A stretch of 64,000 nt of DNA. It comes from a virus (lineage: Duplodnaviria > Caudoviricetes). The translations under genes were made by a program, and so were the position numbers. This document shows positions 38,868 through 47,939 of this stretch, piece after piece. Under the pieces are notes generated by a model. The model did not search any database and was not told the DNA's origin. It was given only the letters and a program-made list of their open reading frames with translations. Within the stretch, counting starts at the first letter, position 1; the number at the start of each line of letters is the position of its first letter. The stretch covers positions 1 through 64,000 of the IMG/VR virus record IMGVR_UViG_3300021136_000003; one strand, 5' to 3'.

Positions 38868-39269
38868 TTAGTCTTTGTATAGATGTGGTTTTTGACTGAT
38901 ACGCAGATTGATACGTTCCTGTACTAGGGCGTTATCGTCTGCTGAGGATTGCCAGTCGTTCCTGAACTCTGGATCAAAATTCCAAAATGCGGTACTACGA
39001 AGCACATCAGGTGAGTACCCTCTGCTTTTCATTTCCCTTACAAGGTTATGGAACCTGACGCGCAGAAACTCCTGCTTGTCATAGAAGAATCGCACATGTC
39101 CTGTTCCAAGAGTGAACTTTTCGGGAATGCTTGCTAGAATCGCGTCTTTAGTTTTAGTTCGCAGTGCCCGTTTCAGTGCAGCCGGAACCATAGTAATCTC
39201 TCGTAGTTCAGCAACCAGATGCCTACGATGTAGCGTAGCTGGATCGATATTGGCGTTAATGCGTGTCAT
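38868..39269 (-). CDS. denV: Pyrimidine dimer DNA glycosylase (endonuclease V)
   Basis: MTRIN, HLVAE.REI, IP..FTLGTGHV.FFYDK, EM..RG. Confidence 0.92.
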   Translation of the reverse strand: MTRINANIDPATLHRRHLVAELREITMVPAALKRALRTKTKDAILASIPEKFTLGTGHVRFFYDKQEFLRVRFHNLVREMKSRGYSPDVLRSTAFWNFDPEFRNDWQSSADDNALVQERINLRISQKPHLYKD

Positions 39270-39274
39270 GCGCT

Positions 39275-39303
39275 ATTATAACATGAGTTGATGTTAAAGT
39301 CAA
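39275..39303 (-). promoter_or_regulatory. Sigma70-type promoter, 5 nt from denV ATG
   Basis: TTGACT-17-TATAAT. Confidence 0.8.
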
Positions 39304-39309
39304 CAGTTG

Positions 39310-39576
39310 TTATACCATTTCTTCAATGATACCCAAAATCTCTGCTACCGCAAAAAATATACCTGCTAGGAATAGGGTACCGAATGACAGATTATATGCT
39401 GCTATTATGCGTGGCCCGCTTTTGGCAAAGCTGATGTATTTGTGAAGTTTTGGGTCAGGATGTGCGGTTTTCAGCTGGACGTAGCCAACTCCGTCTTCCC
39501 ATTTCTTGCCTTCTACCGCATCTACTTTGTCCTTCAATGCTTTCATTATCTCTATTTGTTCTTCATATTCTTTCAT
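39310..39576 (-). CDS. Small membrane-associated hypothetical protein
   Basis: Hydrophobic C-terminus; AAGGA RBS. Confidence 0.65.
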   Translation of the reverse strand: MKEYEEQIEIMKALKDKVDAVEGKKWEDGVGYVQLKTAHPDPKLHKYISFAKSGPRIIAAYNLSFGTLFLAGIFFAVAEILGIIEEMV

Positions 39577-40043
39577 TTGGTTTCCTTTGATAGTTCTGAT
39601 TGGTATACACGTTGGCGTAGATTACTGCTGCTGAAACTGTGGTCACGCCCATTAAAGACGATTTCGATGTTGCGGCGCATACAGATATCTCTTCCGGTAA
39701 ATGGAACGTCTTTATACTCTACACCCAAAATACGAACATCAACTGGCAGAATAAGAAGCAGGTCTTCGAGGTCCTTCTCAGTCTCATAGATAACAACTTC
39801 ATCCACATTACGATTCGTGCCCAGCTGTATCTGACGCTCAACAATGCTCTGCACCGGCTTGTTTTTAATACCCGGACGATCAATAGTCGGATCAGTTTGT
39901 AGTCCAGCGATTAGATAGTCACAGTGATTCTTTGCTTCAGCAAGCATTGCCACGTGACCTGCATGAAAAAGATCCCATGTACTGAAAGTTATTCCTATTA
40001 TTTTACCTTGCTTTTTTAATTTTTTCATTTCATTTAAAACCAT
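39573..40043 (-). CDS. Cytidylyltransferase (TagD-like)
   Basis: STWDLFHAGH, CDYLI.GLQTD, ER, R.H..SSS.LR. Confidence 0.85.
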   Translation of the reverse strand: MVLNEMKKLKKQGKIIGITFSTWDLFHAGHVAMLAEAKNHCDYLIAGLQTDPTIDRPGIKNKPVQSIVERQIQLGTNRNVDEVVIYETEKDLEDLLLILPVDVRILGVEYKDVPFTGRDICMRRNIEIVFNGRDHSFSSSNLRQRVYQSELSKETK

Positions 40044-40750
40044 TTTTTTACCTCTTTGCTTAAACACTCTGATTTACCTGACATACATAACTTCGGTATA
40101 TATTTAAAATCCGTATTCATTTTTAAAATATTTTGTTCTCGTAGGAAACATTCATATAGAGATCCGTTGACTATCCAGCATACTTTACCACCATTATTTT
40201 TTATAAAATTATAATACCTGGACCGGAGATTTATCGTAATCCCCACTTTATAAAACTTAGTACCATCTATATCGTTTAGCTCCAGAAAATAAAGTACGGC
40301 CGGCTTACTTTTAAGTTCTGGTTGTTTGTCAAACACCTTATCACAATATTTTCCTGGGCCCGAACTGGCAGTACATATCTTACACCCTGCCCCATTTTTA
40401 TGAAGTTCTGGTTTTTGCCAAAACTCGCCATGCTTAGGACAAAACATCCTCATCTTTATACTGTTACGAATATAAGTTGCATCATCATAAAAATAGTATC
40501 CATTATGAGTTTGCAAAAACTGTTCCTTTATATTATCCCACTTACACGCAGCGTTGTCACCTTTGCATTTGGGACATCCGTGTCCTCCTAAATGATCTGA
40601 TGGCTTCTGTGAAAAATCACCATGTTCAGGGCAAGTTATATTTACCTTTTGTAACATTGCAATGTAAATAACATTTTCATATTCGTATTTTCCGGAATGA
40701 ATTTTAAAGGCTCGTTTAATAAATTCCTCTTTCGTTGTTCTTTTTGTCAC
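40034..40750 (-). CDS. Homing endonuclease-like protein (CPxHG zinc repeats plus GIY-YIG-like C-terminus)
   Basis: Two CPxHG.F.Q.P..H..G.GC repeats; LYF...FYKVGIT; AT-rich. Confidence 0.75.
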   Translation of the reverse strand: MTKRTTKEEFIKRAFKIHSGKYEYENVIYIAMLQKVNITCPEHGDFSQKPSDHLGGHGCPKCKGDNAACKWDNIKEQFLQTHNGYYFYDDATYIRNSIKMRMFCPKHGEFWQKPELHKNGAGCKICTASSGPGKYCDKVFDKQPELKSKPAVLYFLELNDIDGTKFYKVGITINLRSRYYNFIKNNGGKVCWIVNGSLYECFLREQNILKMNTDFKYIPKLCMSGKSECLSKEVKKWF

Positions 40751-40806
40751 GGTGTTACTCCTTTTCAGTATTTATCACCGCCTGCGTGTTTTATGTCAAA
40801 AGTTCT

Positions 40807-41116
40807 TTACTCTTGTTGAATATCATCTATTATTTCCTCAATGATAGGTCGGTCTTCGATTCCCGAGGTGACGCTATATTTCTTCCCACATATCTGATAC
40901 TCGTCCGTCCAACTGTGTTGATTGTTACTTGAACTATCAGGTGTTGTCAACTCAAAAACAGTAGTAAGATGCTCATACTCGACACCCAGATATCTGGCGT
41001 CGCTCAGGCCCCATTATTGTACGAAGCCATGCACGACTTTGTTCTGGTGTCATCGCTGCATGTTTTTCTCTGATAGATTTCCAGTCAGCCTCATTGAGGT
41101 GTCGTGTGTTCATCAT
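40807..41116 (-). pseudogene. Frameshifted hypothetical gene (or sequencing error)
   Basis: Removing one G at 40985-40987 joins MMNTRHL... to an open frame EYEHLTTVF...DDIQQE. Confidence 0.55.
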
Positions 41117-41257
41117 CTGTCCCCTTTTTGGTGCAGGTGCATCGGCGACCCTGGTCACAATCATGTGTACACGCAGACTCTCCGGCATACTTGTTTGCGT
41201 ACCATAGCAATCCCATTACGATAATATAAGACACACCAATGATACAAATTATTTCTG

Positions 41258-41938
41258 TCATATACTACCTTGTCTGGCTATTTGATAGAACTCTGCCCGG
41301 GCAGCGGGATCAGTTTTGAATCCGCCACCAAGCTTGCTGGTCACTGTTGAACTACCGGTATCTTCAACACCGCGGGAAGCAACACATAGATGCTCTGCTT
41401 CAATCATAACCGCAATGTCATCTGTTTCCAAAATGAATTGCAGGGCATGATAAATCTGTTCAGTTAGTCGTTCCTGAATCTGAGGGCGCTTACTGAAATA
41501 TTCAACTACACGATTAATTTTACTCAGTCCAAGTACCTTTTCTTTAGGTACATACGCGACTGTCGCTTTTCCTACGATAGGAAGTATGTGGTGTTCGCAA
41601 GTAGAATACACAGCAACTCCGCGTTCGACGACCATTTCATCGTATTTCATTTTGTTCTGGACAGTGGTACATTTAGGGAATGCTTCAAAATCAAGCCCCC
41701 ATAGCACTTCGTTTACCGCCATTTTAGCCCAGCGCTTTGGAGTTTCGGCGAGGGAATCATCAGTGAGATCCATTCCGAGAACCATCATGATTTCAGTGAA
41801 GTATTTTTCAATAACATCAATCTTGTCTTTTCGATCAAACGGTGTTGGCAATGTGGGAGTTTCAACTCCACATTTGACCAGATGTTCGTGAACTTGTTGA
41901 CCCAATTCTGGATCCGTCTTCTGTTTATTGTATGACAT
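41258..41938 (-). CDS. folE: GTP cyclohydrolase I
   Basis: L.ETP.R, STCEHH, GLSKINR.V, RPQIQERLT, H.C...RGV; start MSYNKQ. Confidence 0.95.
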   Translation of the reverse strand: MSYNKQKTDPELGQQVHEHLVKCGVETPTLPTPFDRKDKIDVIEKYFTEIMMVLGMDLTDDSLAETPKRWAKMAVNEVLWGLDFEAFPKCTTVQNKMKYDEMVVERGVAVYSTCEHHILPIVGKATVAYVPKEKVLGLSKINRVVEYFSKRPQIQERLTEQIYHALQFILETDDIAVMIEAEHLCVASRGVEDTGSSTVTSKLGGGFKTDPAARAEFYQIARQGSI

Positions 41939-42027
41939 ATGTACCTTCCTTTGTGATGGTATGTTTTTGATTTTTGAGACCATTGTGTCTCATACTTATT
42001 TATCTGTTGTATCGGCGTTTGTAATTT

Positions 42028-42264
42028 TTAGCAGTGTATTACTTCGCAGCAATAGTTGTTTAAGGCACACGCAGCCTTCGCCAGCCCTTCTACCTCTCCG
42101 ACTAATAACTCTGTCAGACAGGATATGTCCTTGTCAAAGTCTTTATCAACCGAAGAGATAACACCGATAACTGGTCGACCCGCTGAATGAAATGCTCTGG
42201 CCAGAACAAGACCAGAGTCACTTGTTACATTAACGAGAATGATTGGTTCAATACTTTGATTCAC
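42028..42264 (-). CDS. Hypothetical protein
   Basis: ORF overlapping upstream gene. Confidence 0.45.
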   Translation of the reverse strand: MNQSIEPIILVNVTSDSGLVLARAFHSAGRPVIGVISSVDKDFDKDISCLTELLVGEVEGLAKAACALNNYCCEVIHC

Positions 42265-43420
42265 GGGTATACTTCCGATAATCTTTAGTCATTCGCAGGC
42301 CTGAGTTGTCGCCTTCAAAAATATCACAGATACGATCAATGGTTTTGTCATTGTAATCGCTGATCTTGCCCATGTTCTCATGCGGGTATGACAGCAGACC
42401 ATACAGCTTGTTCATCGCATCAGGGATGCTCCAGGGAACATATAGTCGTTCAAAGTCATTGGCGAATGTTTCTGGGAACGAACGATACGCAGGATACAGA
42501 ACGTTGCAGCCAAGAGTATCACCTTCACTTACGGTGTTGCTGACCCAATCTTGAAGCGCACAGTTGAATACTACGCGGGTATTGTTCAGCAGATCATAGT
42601 ATTGATTCTTTTCCAAGTCTTCGTATACAGTCAGCATACCACGCGCCTGCATGTCGCGGGTTCGTGCCATGTAAGATTCATTGTTAGACTTCAACTTGCC
42701 ACCGCTGAACACACAGAACTCAACTTTTGAGTTGGGCAACTCCTGATGCCATGCTTCGATCATGTCCATGTAGAAGTCAGGTTGCTTCTCCTGATCCCAT
42801 CGTGCTGAGAAAGCTACGCGAGGTAGACGTTCATCAAACGGGATAACTTCTTTCACTCGACTAAGCACTTCTGCCTTGCCGAATGCCAGACCACTGATAT
42901 TGTAGATAGGCGCTTCCCATCCCGCAATCTTCATATGGGCGACCATTTCTTCGTTGGTCGCAAGTACGCCATCTACAAACGAGTCCAACATCTTTTCATA
43001 ATGACCCATCCACTTAGACATACCCCATACATGAACAAAATCATCAGGATCAATGGACTGAGCAAGACAGCGAACATAAATCCGAGGGCGCTTTGATTGG
43101 TCGACCTGTTGAAGTATATAGGGTAAAGACTCCATGCCCGGTTGAAACATATCCTCAAAGTAGACCACATCATCGCTTGTCACCTCTCCTGCTTTCATCA
43201 GTTTGACCAGATTCATCAACTGACTCATGCCGAAATAACTACGACCATGCGCGTCCAGAACTTGTCCCGTTACAATAGCTTGATCGTTACTGAGAGTCTC
43301 CCCCGGCACCAGAATATAATCAATGTTACGACTCTTGAATACTGCTTCATTCCAGTCTTGGAGTTGAAAGGTGTATCTACTCTTATATTTTTCGAGTCCC
43401 ATATATATCAATTTTCGCAT
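42248..43420 (-). CDS. GT-B glycosyltransferase
   Basis: FSARWDQEKQP and conserved GT-B C-domain layout. Confidence 0.75.
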   Translation of the reverse strand: MRKLIYMGLEKYKSRYTFQLQDWNEAVFKSRNIDYILVPGETLSNDQAIVTGQVLDAHGRSYFGMSQLMNLVKLMKAGEVTSDDVVYFEDMFQPGMESLPYILQQVDQSKRPRIYVRCLAQSIDPDDFVHVWGMSKWMGHYEKMLDSFVDGVLATNEEMVAHMKIAGWEAPIYNISGLAFGKAEVLSRVKEVIPFDERLPRVAFSARWDQEKQPDFYMDMIEAWHQELPNSKVEFCVFSGGKLKSNNESYMARTRDMQARGMLTVYEDLEKNQYYDLLNNTRVVFNCALQDWVSNTVSEGDTLGCNVLYPAYRSFPETFANDFERLYVPWSIPDAMNKLYGLLSYPHENMGKISDYNDKTIDRICDIFEGDNSGLRMTKDYRKYTRESKY

Positions 43421-44190
43421 AGTTGTTCCTTAAATTCTTTAAACTTATTATACAGCATTTCTACTGTCATGTCACTCTTATTGGACTTCCTTCTATTGTC
43501 AATTCCATTAATAAGTCGCAGATTTATCACCGATCCTATAATCTCTGCGGGTATCTTATTCGCCCAGCCGTCAGTTATGGATACAATATGGTCCAAATGA
43601 ATGTCCTTGTTTCGTTGTTGACCGGCGAAATATTTATTAAAGCTTTGGTTTGTTTCTCGCCACACTGCTTTTCGGTATAACTCATGCTCACCTATCTCAC
43701 TGGGATCACGACATTGTCCATTCGCTATTTTAGTTAGCCAGGCCTTCTCGTATCCACATGTCCCGCATCCTGTTCCTGATAGTAAAGTGTTAGGTTTAAT
43801 CATAAATGGTCCATGATCCGGGCATACTACTTCTATTTTCGTATGAGCGTTTTTATATGGAGTTTTAAATTCATATTCAGGAAACAACTGGTGCATTTGT
43901 TCTAAAAATTCGTCGGGAGTCTTTTTGAGACTTCCGCCGCATTTGGGACATCCTCCACCCTTCATGTCATTTGGCCATTTAAAGAAATATCCATGCTCAC
44001 GGCAGCCAACTTCAATTTTAGTAGAACAGTTGACATATTGAACCCGATCCAACAAATACCTATCACCATGATAAGATTGTATTTCTGTGATTATCTGTTC
44101 AGTTGTTTTTCTAAATGGCGAAGGACCTTTTTTAACACCTCGGATTTTACTAATTCGTTTTTCAACATGATCCGGTGATTGTTTACTCAT
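43408..44190 (-). CDS. HNH homing endonuclease with CxxHG zinc repeats
   Basis: CREHG, CPDHG, HLDHIVSI...NLRLI...NRRKSNK; AGGAG RBS. Confidence 0.85.
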   Translation of the reverse strand: MSKQSPDHVEKRISKIRGVKKGPSPFRKTTEQIITEIQSYHGDRYLLDRVQYVNCSTKIEVGCREHGYFFKWPNDMKGGGCPKCGGSLKKTPDEFLEQMHQLFPEYEFKTPYKNAHTKIEVVCPDHGPFMIKPNTLLSGTGCGTCGYEKAWLTKIANGQCRDPSEIGEHELYRKAVWRETNQSFNKYFAGQQRNKDIHLDHIVSITDGWANKIPAEIIGSVINLRLINGIDNRRKSNKSDMTVEMLYNKFKEFKEQLCEN

Positions 44191-44244
44191 ATATGCTCCT
44201 ATATAGTATTTATCACCGGTATTGTTTTTTATATAGTTCTAATA

Positions 44245-44283
44245 CTAAGTAGGCCCCAGCCCCATGTAGAATAGTTTTCTCAT
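44245..44283 (-). pseudogene. Orphaned original 5' end of the glycosyltransferase gene
   Basis: Encodes MRKLFYMGLGPT*, matching MRKLIYMGLEKY at 43420. Confidence 0.8.
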
Positions 44284-45041
44284 TTTCTTTCTATGTCCTC
44301 TTCTATACATTCGGTGCCGTATTGAACTTCAAGGATATGAACATTAGTGTCAGTGTTATTCTGACCCTGATGCCATACTTCTTTGCCGATGTTGTAAGTT
44401 TCGTTTTCACGAATATTAATACGCTGGAACATATCTAAATATGTTGTACCAATGTCACATTCACCTTTAAGGATGTACCAATGTTCTTCACGCTTAAAGT
44501 GACGTTGCATCGACAACATCTTACCAGGTTCAATGACTAACTCTTTTACTTTGTATCCCGGTGCTTCATGTAGCACACGATAGTAACCCCATTGGCGGAA
44601 TGTTTTAGGGCTTTTCCATTCTTCAAGAATCCAGGACGAACTATTTATTTTGTTCTCACCGCCGATGCCAAACTTGAAGATGATATCCTTAATTCGCATT
44701 TCGGGAATGTTCACCGCTGTCCGGTCTCCGCCGTTTGCGAATATGATCGGAAAGCCGGGATAAAATGCTTTGACTTTTTCAAGCAAGTCACACGCCGACC
44801 CATCACTATCATCGAATGCCATTACTTCATCAACAGCTTTCATGTTGTTGACAATAGCAGAACGCTCGGACCAAGGCAAAAATGCTCTGCCCTTCTTACG
44901 CACCAGCCATTCATCGCTGTTGACTCCGACGATAAGATAGTTGCCGTAAGTCTTTGCAGAGTTAAGCAACAGAATATGTCCAGAGTGAACAGGATCGAAC
45001 CCCCCAGACACAACTACTATGCAGTCTTTATGGACGAGCAT
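44280..45041 (-). CDS. Cytidylyltransferase fused to mannose-6-phosphate isomerase-type cupin
   Basis: SGGFDPVHSGH, NGGDR; R.WG.Y, LSMQRH..R.EHW, LEVQYG...EEDIER. Confidence 0.88.
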   Translation of the reverse strand: MLVHKDCIVVVSGGFDPVHSGHILLLNSAKTYGNYLIVGVNSDEWLVRKKGRAFLPWSERSAIVNNMKAVDEVMAFDDSDGSACDLLEKVKAFYPGFPIIFANGGDRTAVNIPEMRIKDIIFKFGIGGENKINSSSWILEEWKSPKTFRQWGYYRVLHEAPGYKVKELVIEPGKMLSMQRHFKREEHWYILKGECDIGTTYLDMFQRINIRENETYNIGKEVWHQGQNNTDTNVHILEVQYGTECIEEDIERK

Positions 45042-45234
45042 TTTCTACCCAGCAGTCGCGCGGGAACTTGCCAGTCACCGCCTTCTGAAACTGACGATAC
45101 GCATAATCGCGCATATCATATAGGGTTGCCTCATCATACCGATACCCGAAGTCCTTACAGAACTCCAGATAGTTTTCCAAGTCCTCAAAGATTTGAGCGA
45201 CACGCGGGTTAGATTGATAAGCGATCTTTGCCAT
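45028..45234 (-). CDS. Hypothetical phage protein
   Basis: AAGGA RBS. Confidence 0.7.
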   Translation of the reverse strand: MAKIAYQSNPRVAQIFEDLENYLEFCKDFGYRYDEATLYDMRDYAYRQFQKAVTGKFPRDCWVENARP

Positions 45235-45245
45235 TTTGTTTTCCT

Positions 45246-45683
45246 TTAAATAGCGAGTTGTTGAATAGGCCGAAACCTGTTATAAAAAATCGTGCTGCCG
45301 TTCTCGCCGTCTTCGGAGACTTCGATTTGAACATCACGGTCTGGGTAACGAATAGCGATTTGTTTATATAGATCATCGCTAATCATTTCACAGCTTTTGT
45401 AATCCAGTTCAAGTGCTTTTTCGCTGTAGAGCGATTCGCACCAACGTTTAAATTGGATGAATTCTATGTCCCTGTTGGAGTGTTCAACCTGAATGTCCAC
45501 ACGAAAATGAAAAATATGTCGATGTGGGGAGCCAAGAAAACTTACATCAGCAAGGTCGGGGTGAACCGCTGCTAACGGGTAGAAATGAATCCCCTCTTTC
45601 TGAAATGTCACAAAGATAGTGCGCGTTGCGGTGTCACTTACCTTGTTTATTTTGTCTACAAGTGCTTGAGTTCGCTGATCCAT
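45246..45683 (-). CDS. dpdL: QueD-paralog T-fold protein, DpdL-like (putative CDG decarboxylase)
   Basis: LGSPHRHIF (LxxxHRHxF) in place of the QueD CxxxHGH motif; SCE, VSEDGENG. Confidence 0.65.
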   Translation of the reverse strand: MDQRTQALVDKINKVSDTATRTIFVTFQKEGIHFYPLAAVHPDLADVSFLGSPHRHIFHFRVDIQVEHSNRDIEFIQFKRWCESLYSEKALELDYKSCEMISDDLYKQIAIRYPDRDVQIEVSEDGENGSTIFYNRFRPIQQLAI

Positions 45684-45883
45684 TAGTAATTCCTTGTTAG
45701 TGCAGCCCATGTGAGCCATTGATGGAAAGCATTATAAACATTCTCTGCTTCCCTCGCATCTTGTTCTACTCGGACGCCGCGAACATAAAACCCAGTTTTT
45801 GTCACGCGAAGCATCTCACCGGATGCTCCTGTAGTCATTGTTATCAGGTCCTCTTGATTGTCAATTTCCACTACATCGCCCAT
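45683..45883 (-). CDS. Hypothetical protein
   Basis: AGGAG RBS. Confidence 0.65.
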   Translation of the reverse strand: MGDVVEIDNQEDLITMTTGASGEMLRVTKTGFYVRGVRVEQDAREAENVYNAFHQWLTWAALTRNY

Positions 45884-45884
45884 G

Positions 45885-47429
45885 TTATTCTCCTAAAGCC
45901 TCTGTGATGGCATCATCAGCATCTTCAATAACTTCGTCAATTTCTGGTTCAGCTTCTTCGGTGAACAGAGCGTTGAATTGTGTCAGTGAGTTTACTGTCT
46001 TTTTACCGCTGAATCCTTGACCAGCTTTGAACTGCATCCAATACCTGGAATACTTCTCAACTAGATCAAGAGATTTTTGACGATCTTTCTGGGCAAAGAC
46101 TTCATCGATGATCTTCCCAATTTCAACGTGTTCGAAGGTGTTGTTCATCAACATACTTGGGATGACACCTGAATCATATTGACGATTTGCTTCTTGAACT
46201 GCGACCATATGCTGATAAACATTGTGACCCTGAATCAGCGTATAGCTGAGAGTGTCCCAAGATGTTTTTGTTTCTTTACCGTGTTGTCCTAGAAAGCCTT
46301 TGCCACGATAGCAAAGATCCTTAAGTAACATTTTATCAGTTATTGGACTGTCTGTAAAGGCTTTATGGATACCTTCAGCCAAAACAGCATCACGAAACTT
46401 CCGTGTATCTGTTGAGTAAGCCTTCTTCTCCGCGGTCTTTTCCATGGAGTAGGTCCATTTCTTGTCGTGCTTGAAAGAGTTATTGTTGTAAGCCAGACCC
46501 TTAGCAGCACCGAAGAACGGGCTGGCACAGTCGAAGCTGATAGTCAGATCAGGGTTGTGATACTTTCGGACAGCACGTTGAACATCACTGAATAACACAG
46601 CGTATTCTACTATGGATGTGCCCAGGCAGTGAATCCAGTCATGCTTACCTTGTTCTAACAATCCATCGTGGATAAAGTTAATCAGCCGGATAAGGAACAG
46701 ATGAATGTCAATCTTAGTCTGACCTCCCATAGCCCAACCGTTGAAGTGATTATCGGGATAGACCTTTGGGTCACAATACTTCTTCATCTCCTGATACCAT
46801 GACTCGCTTTGAGTGTGGTTCAGTCCCTGCATCACATTCAGAAACTTACACTTACCCGTTCTGTTTGCGATAAAGTATTCATTGTTGATGTGCGTGGCAG
46901 TGATAGCGTCTTGAATAGTCTTGATGCCATGTAGCGAGTTACCGTTCTTATCCTTCATCCCGTATGTGCGAAGCGATTGAGACGGAATATCAAGACACAT
47001 GCCGTAATCCGCAATATCTTCCATCCAGGCTAATACTTCCCGTCGTTTCTGCATGGCCTTAGGACAGTTAGGATCCTTCCAATCAGCCGGCCATTGCCCC
47101 TTAAGGATTTGAAACCCGCCGGAGTCAGCAAGAATAAAAGAACCCGGCTCTCGCTTAACGACAATACTCTCGGAAGGATTTGTTTTGTATGAAGTTAAAT
47201 CAGCATGGCCTGCACTATACAATGCCCATTTATATGGGAATAATGCCTGTTTACTATTGAGAAAGTTTAGAACTTCCGTATCCGGTATACCAATGGGAAG
47301 TCTTGCTTTCTCGAAATAGTTATTGCCCTCACGCTGTTTGCCTAATCCAGATATAAAAAATGAAGATAAGGCCGGCAAAAATAAGGCCCATTCTGGATTT
47401 TGTGTTGCGGTTAAGTTTACTTGAGTCAT
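45885..47429 (-). CDS. dpdA: TGT-fold guanine transglycosylase, DpdA-like
   Basis: ADSGGFQ, LDIP, VMQG, GWAMGG, IHCLG, SFDCASP; context with folE/queD/queE. Confidence 0.75.
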   Translation of the reverse strand: MTQVNLTATQNPEWALFLPALSSFFISGLGKQREGNNYFEKARLPIGIPDTEVLNFLNSKQALFPYKWALYSAGHADLTSYKTNPSESIVVKREPGSFILADSGGFQILKGQWPADWKDPNCPKAMQKRREVLAWMEDIADYGMCLDIPSQSLRTYGMKDKNGNSLHGIKTIQDAITATHINNEYFIANRTGKCKFLNVMQGLNHTQSESWYQEMKKYCDPKVYPDNHFNGWAMGGQTKIDIHLFLIRLINFIHDGLLEQGKHDWIHCLGTSIVEYAVLFSDVQRAVRKYHNPDLTISFDCASPFFGAAKGLAYNNNSFKHDKKWTYSMEKTAEKKAYSTDTRKFRDAVLAEGIHKAFTDSPITDKMLLKDLCYRGKGFLGQHGKETKTSWDTLSYTLIQGHNVYQHMVAVQEANRQYDSGVIPSMLMNNTFEHVEIGKIIDEVFAQKDRQKSLDLVEKYSRYWMQFKAGQGFSGKKTVNSLTQFNALFTEEAEPEIDEVIEDADDAITEALGE

Positions 47430-47435
47430 ATGAAT

Positions 47436-47464
47436 ATTATATAGGATTAATAGAAGATAGTCAA
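47436..47464 (-). promoter_or_regulatory. Sigma70-type promoter, 6 nt from dpdA-like ATG
   Basis: TTGACT-17-TATAAT. Confidence 0.8.
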
Positions 47465-47565
47465 CATTATTAGCAAAGCCAACTATTATTTGCCCGCACT
47501 GCGGAAAAACAGGGAAAGGTAGCGGAATGATTGCCTATCATTTTGATAAGTGTAGATTCCGCTAA
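47461..47565 (+). pseudogene. Homing-endonuclease C-terminal remnant
   Basis: ICPHCGKTGKGSGMIAYHFDKCRFR*, matching the tails of 8443, 15607 and 48839; in-frame stop upstream. Confidence 0.75.
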
Positions 47566-47573
47566 TCTCTCGA

Positions 47574-47939
47574 TCATACTTTTACTTCTGGTTTGACCAG
47601 TGCCACCACCATGTCTATTTTGTGTTTAATATCGTTTTGCTGATCAAGCAAGTATTTGACTGCGGGATATTCTTTAGACAATCCAAGAATATACGCCTCA
47701 TTTTCCATCTTCGTAATGGCCCATGTAATCGCTGCCTCAGCATCAGGACTTAATCCGATCATCGGGACGGCGCTGCTCTGTCCGCTCCAGCCAGCGCCGT
47801 CAAATACTTCGGTATTCTGATTGCTGGGATTAAACCGCACCATTCCTGTCATCGGATTATTGTTCATAGGGAAATACGGGTAACTAGGGTGCCCGCCGTT
47901 AACGATGATAGACCCGGTGCCGCATACAGCCTTGATCAT
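47574..47939 (-). CDS. Hypothetical phage protein
   Basis: ORF. Confidence 0.7.
   Translation of the reverse strand: MIKAVCGTGSIIVNGGHPSYPYFPMNNNPMTGMVRFNPSNQNTEVFDGAGWSGQSSAVPMIGLSPDAEAAITWAITKMENEAYILGLSKEYPAVKYLLDQQNDIKHKIDMVVALVKPEVKV

Noticed and set aside
45885-47429. Canonical tRNA-guanine transglycosylase for queuosine
   Set aside because: It lacks the C-terminal CxCxxC zinc site, and no queA, queF or queC is seen; a DNA-acting DpdA-like role fits better, though unproven.
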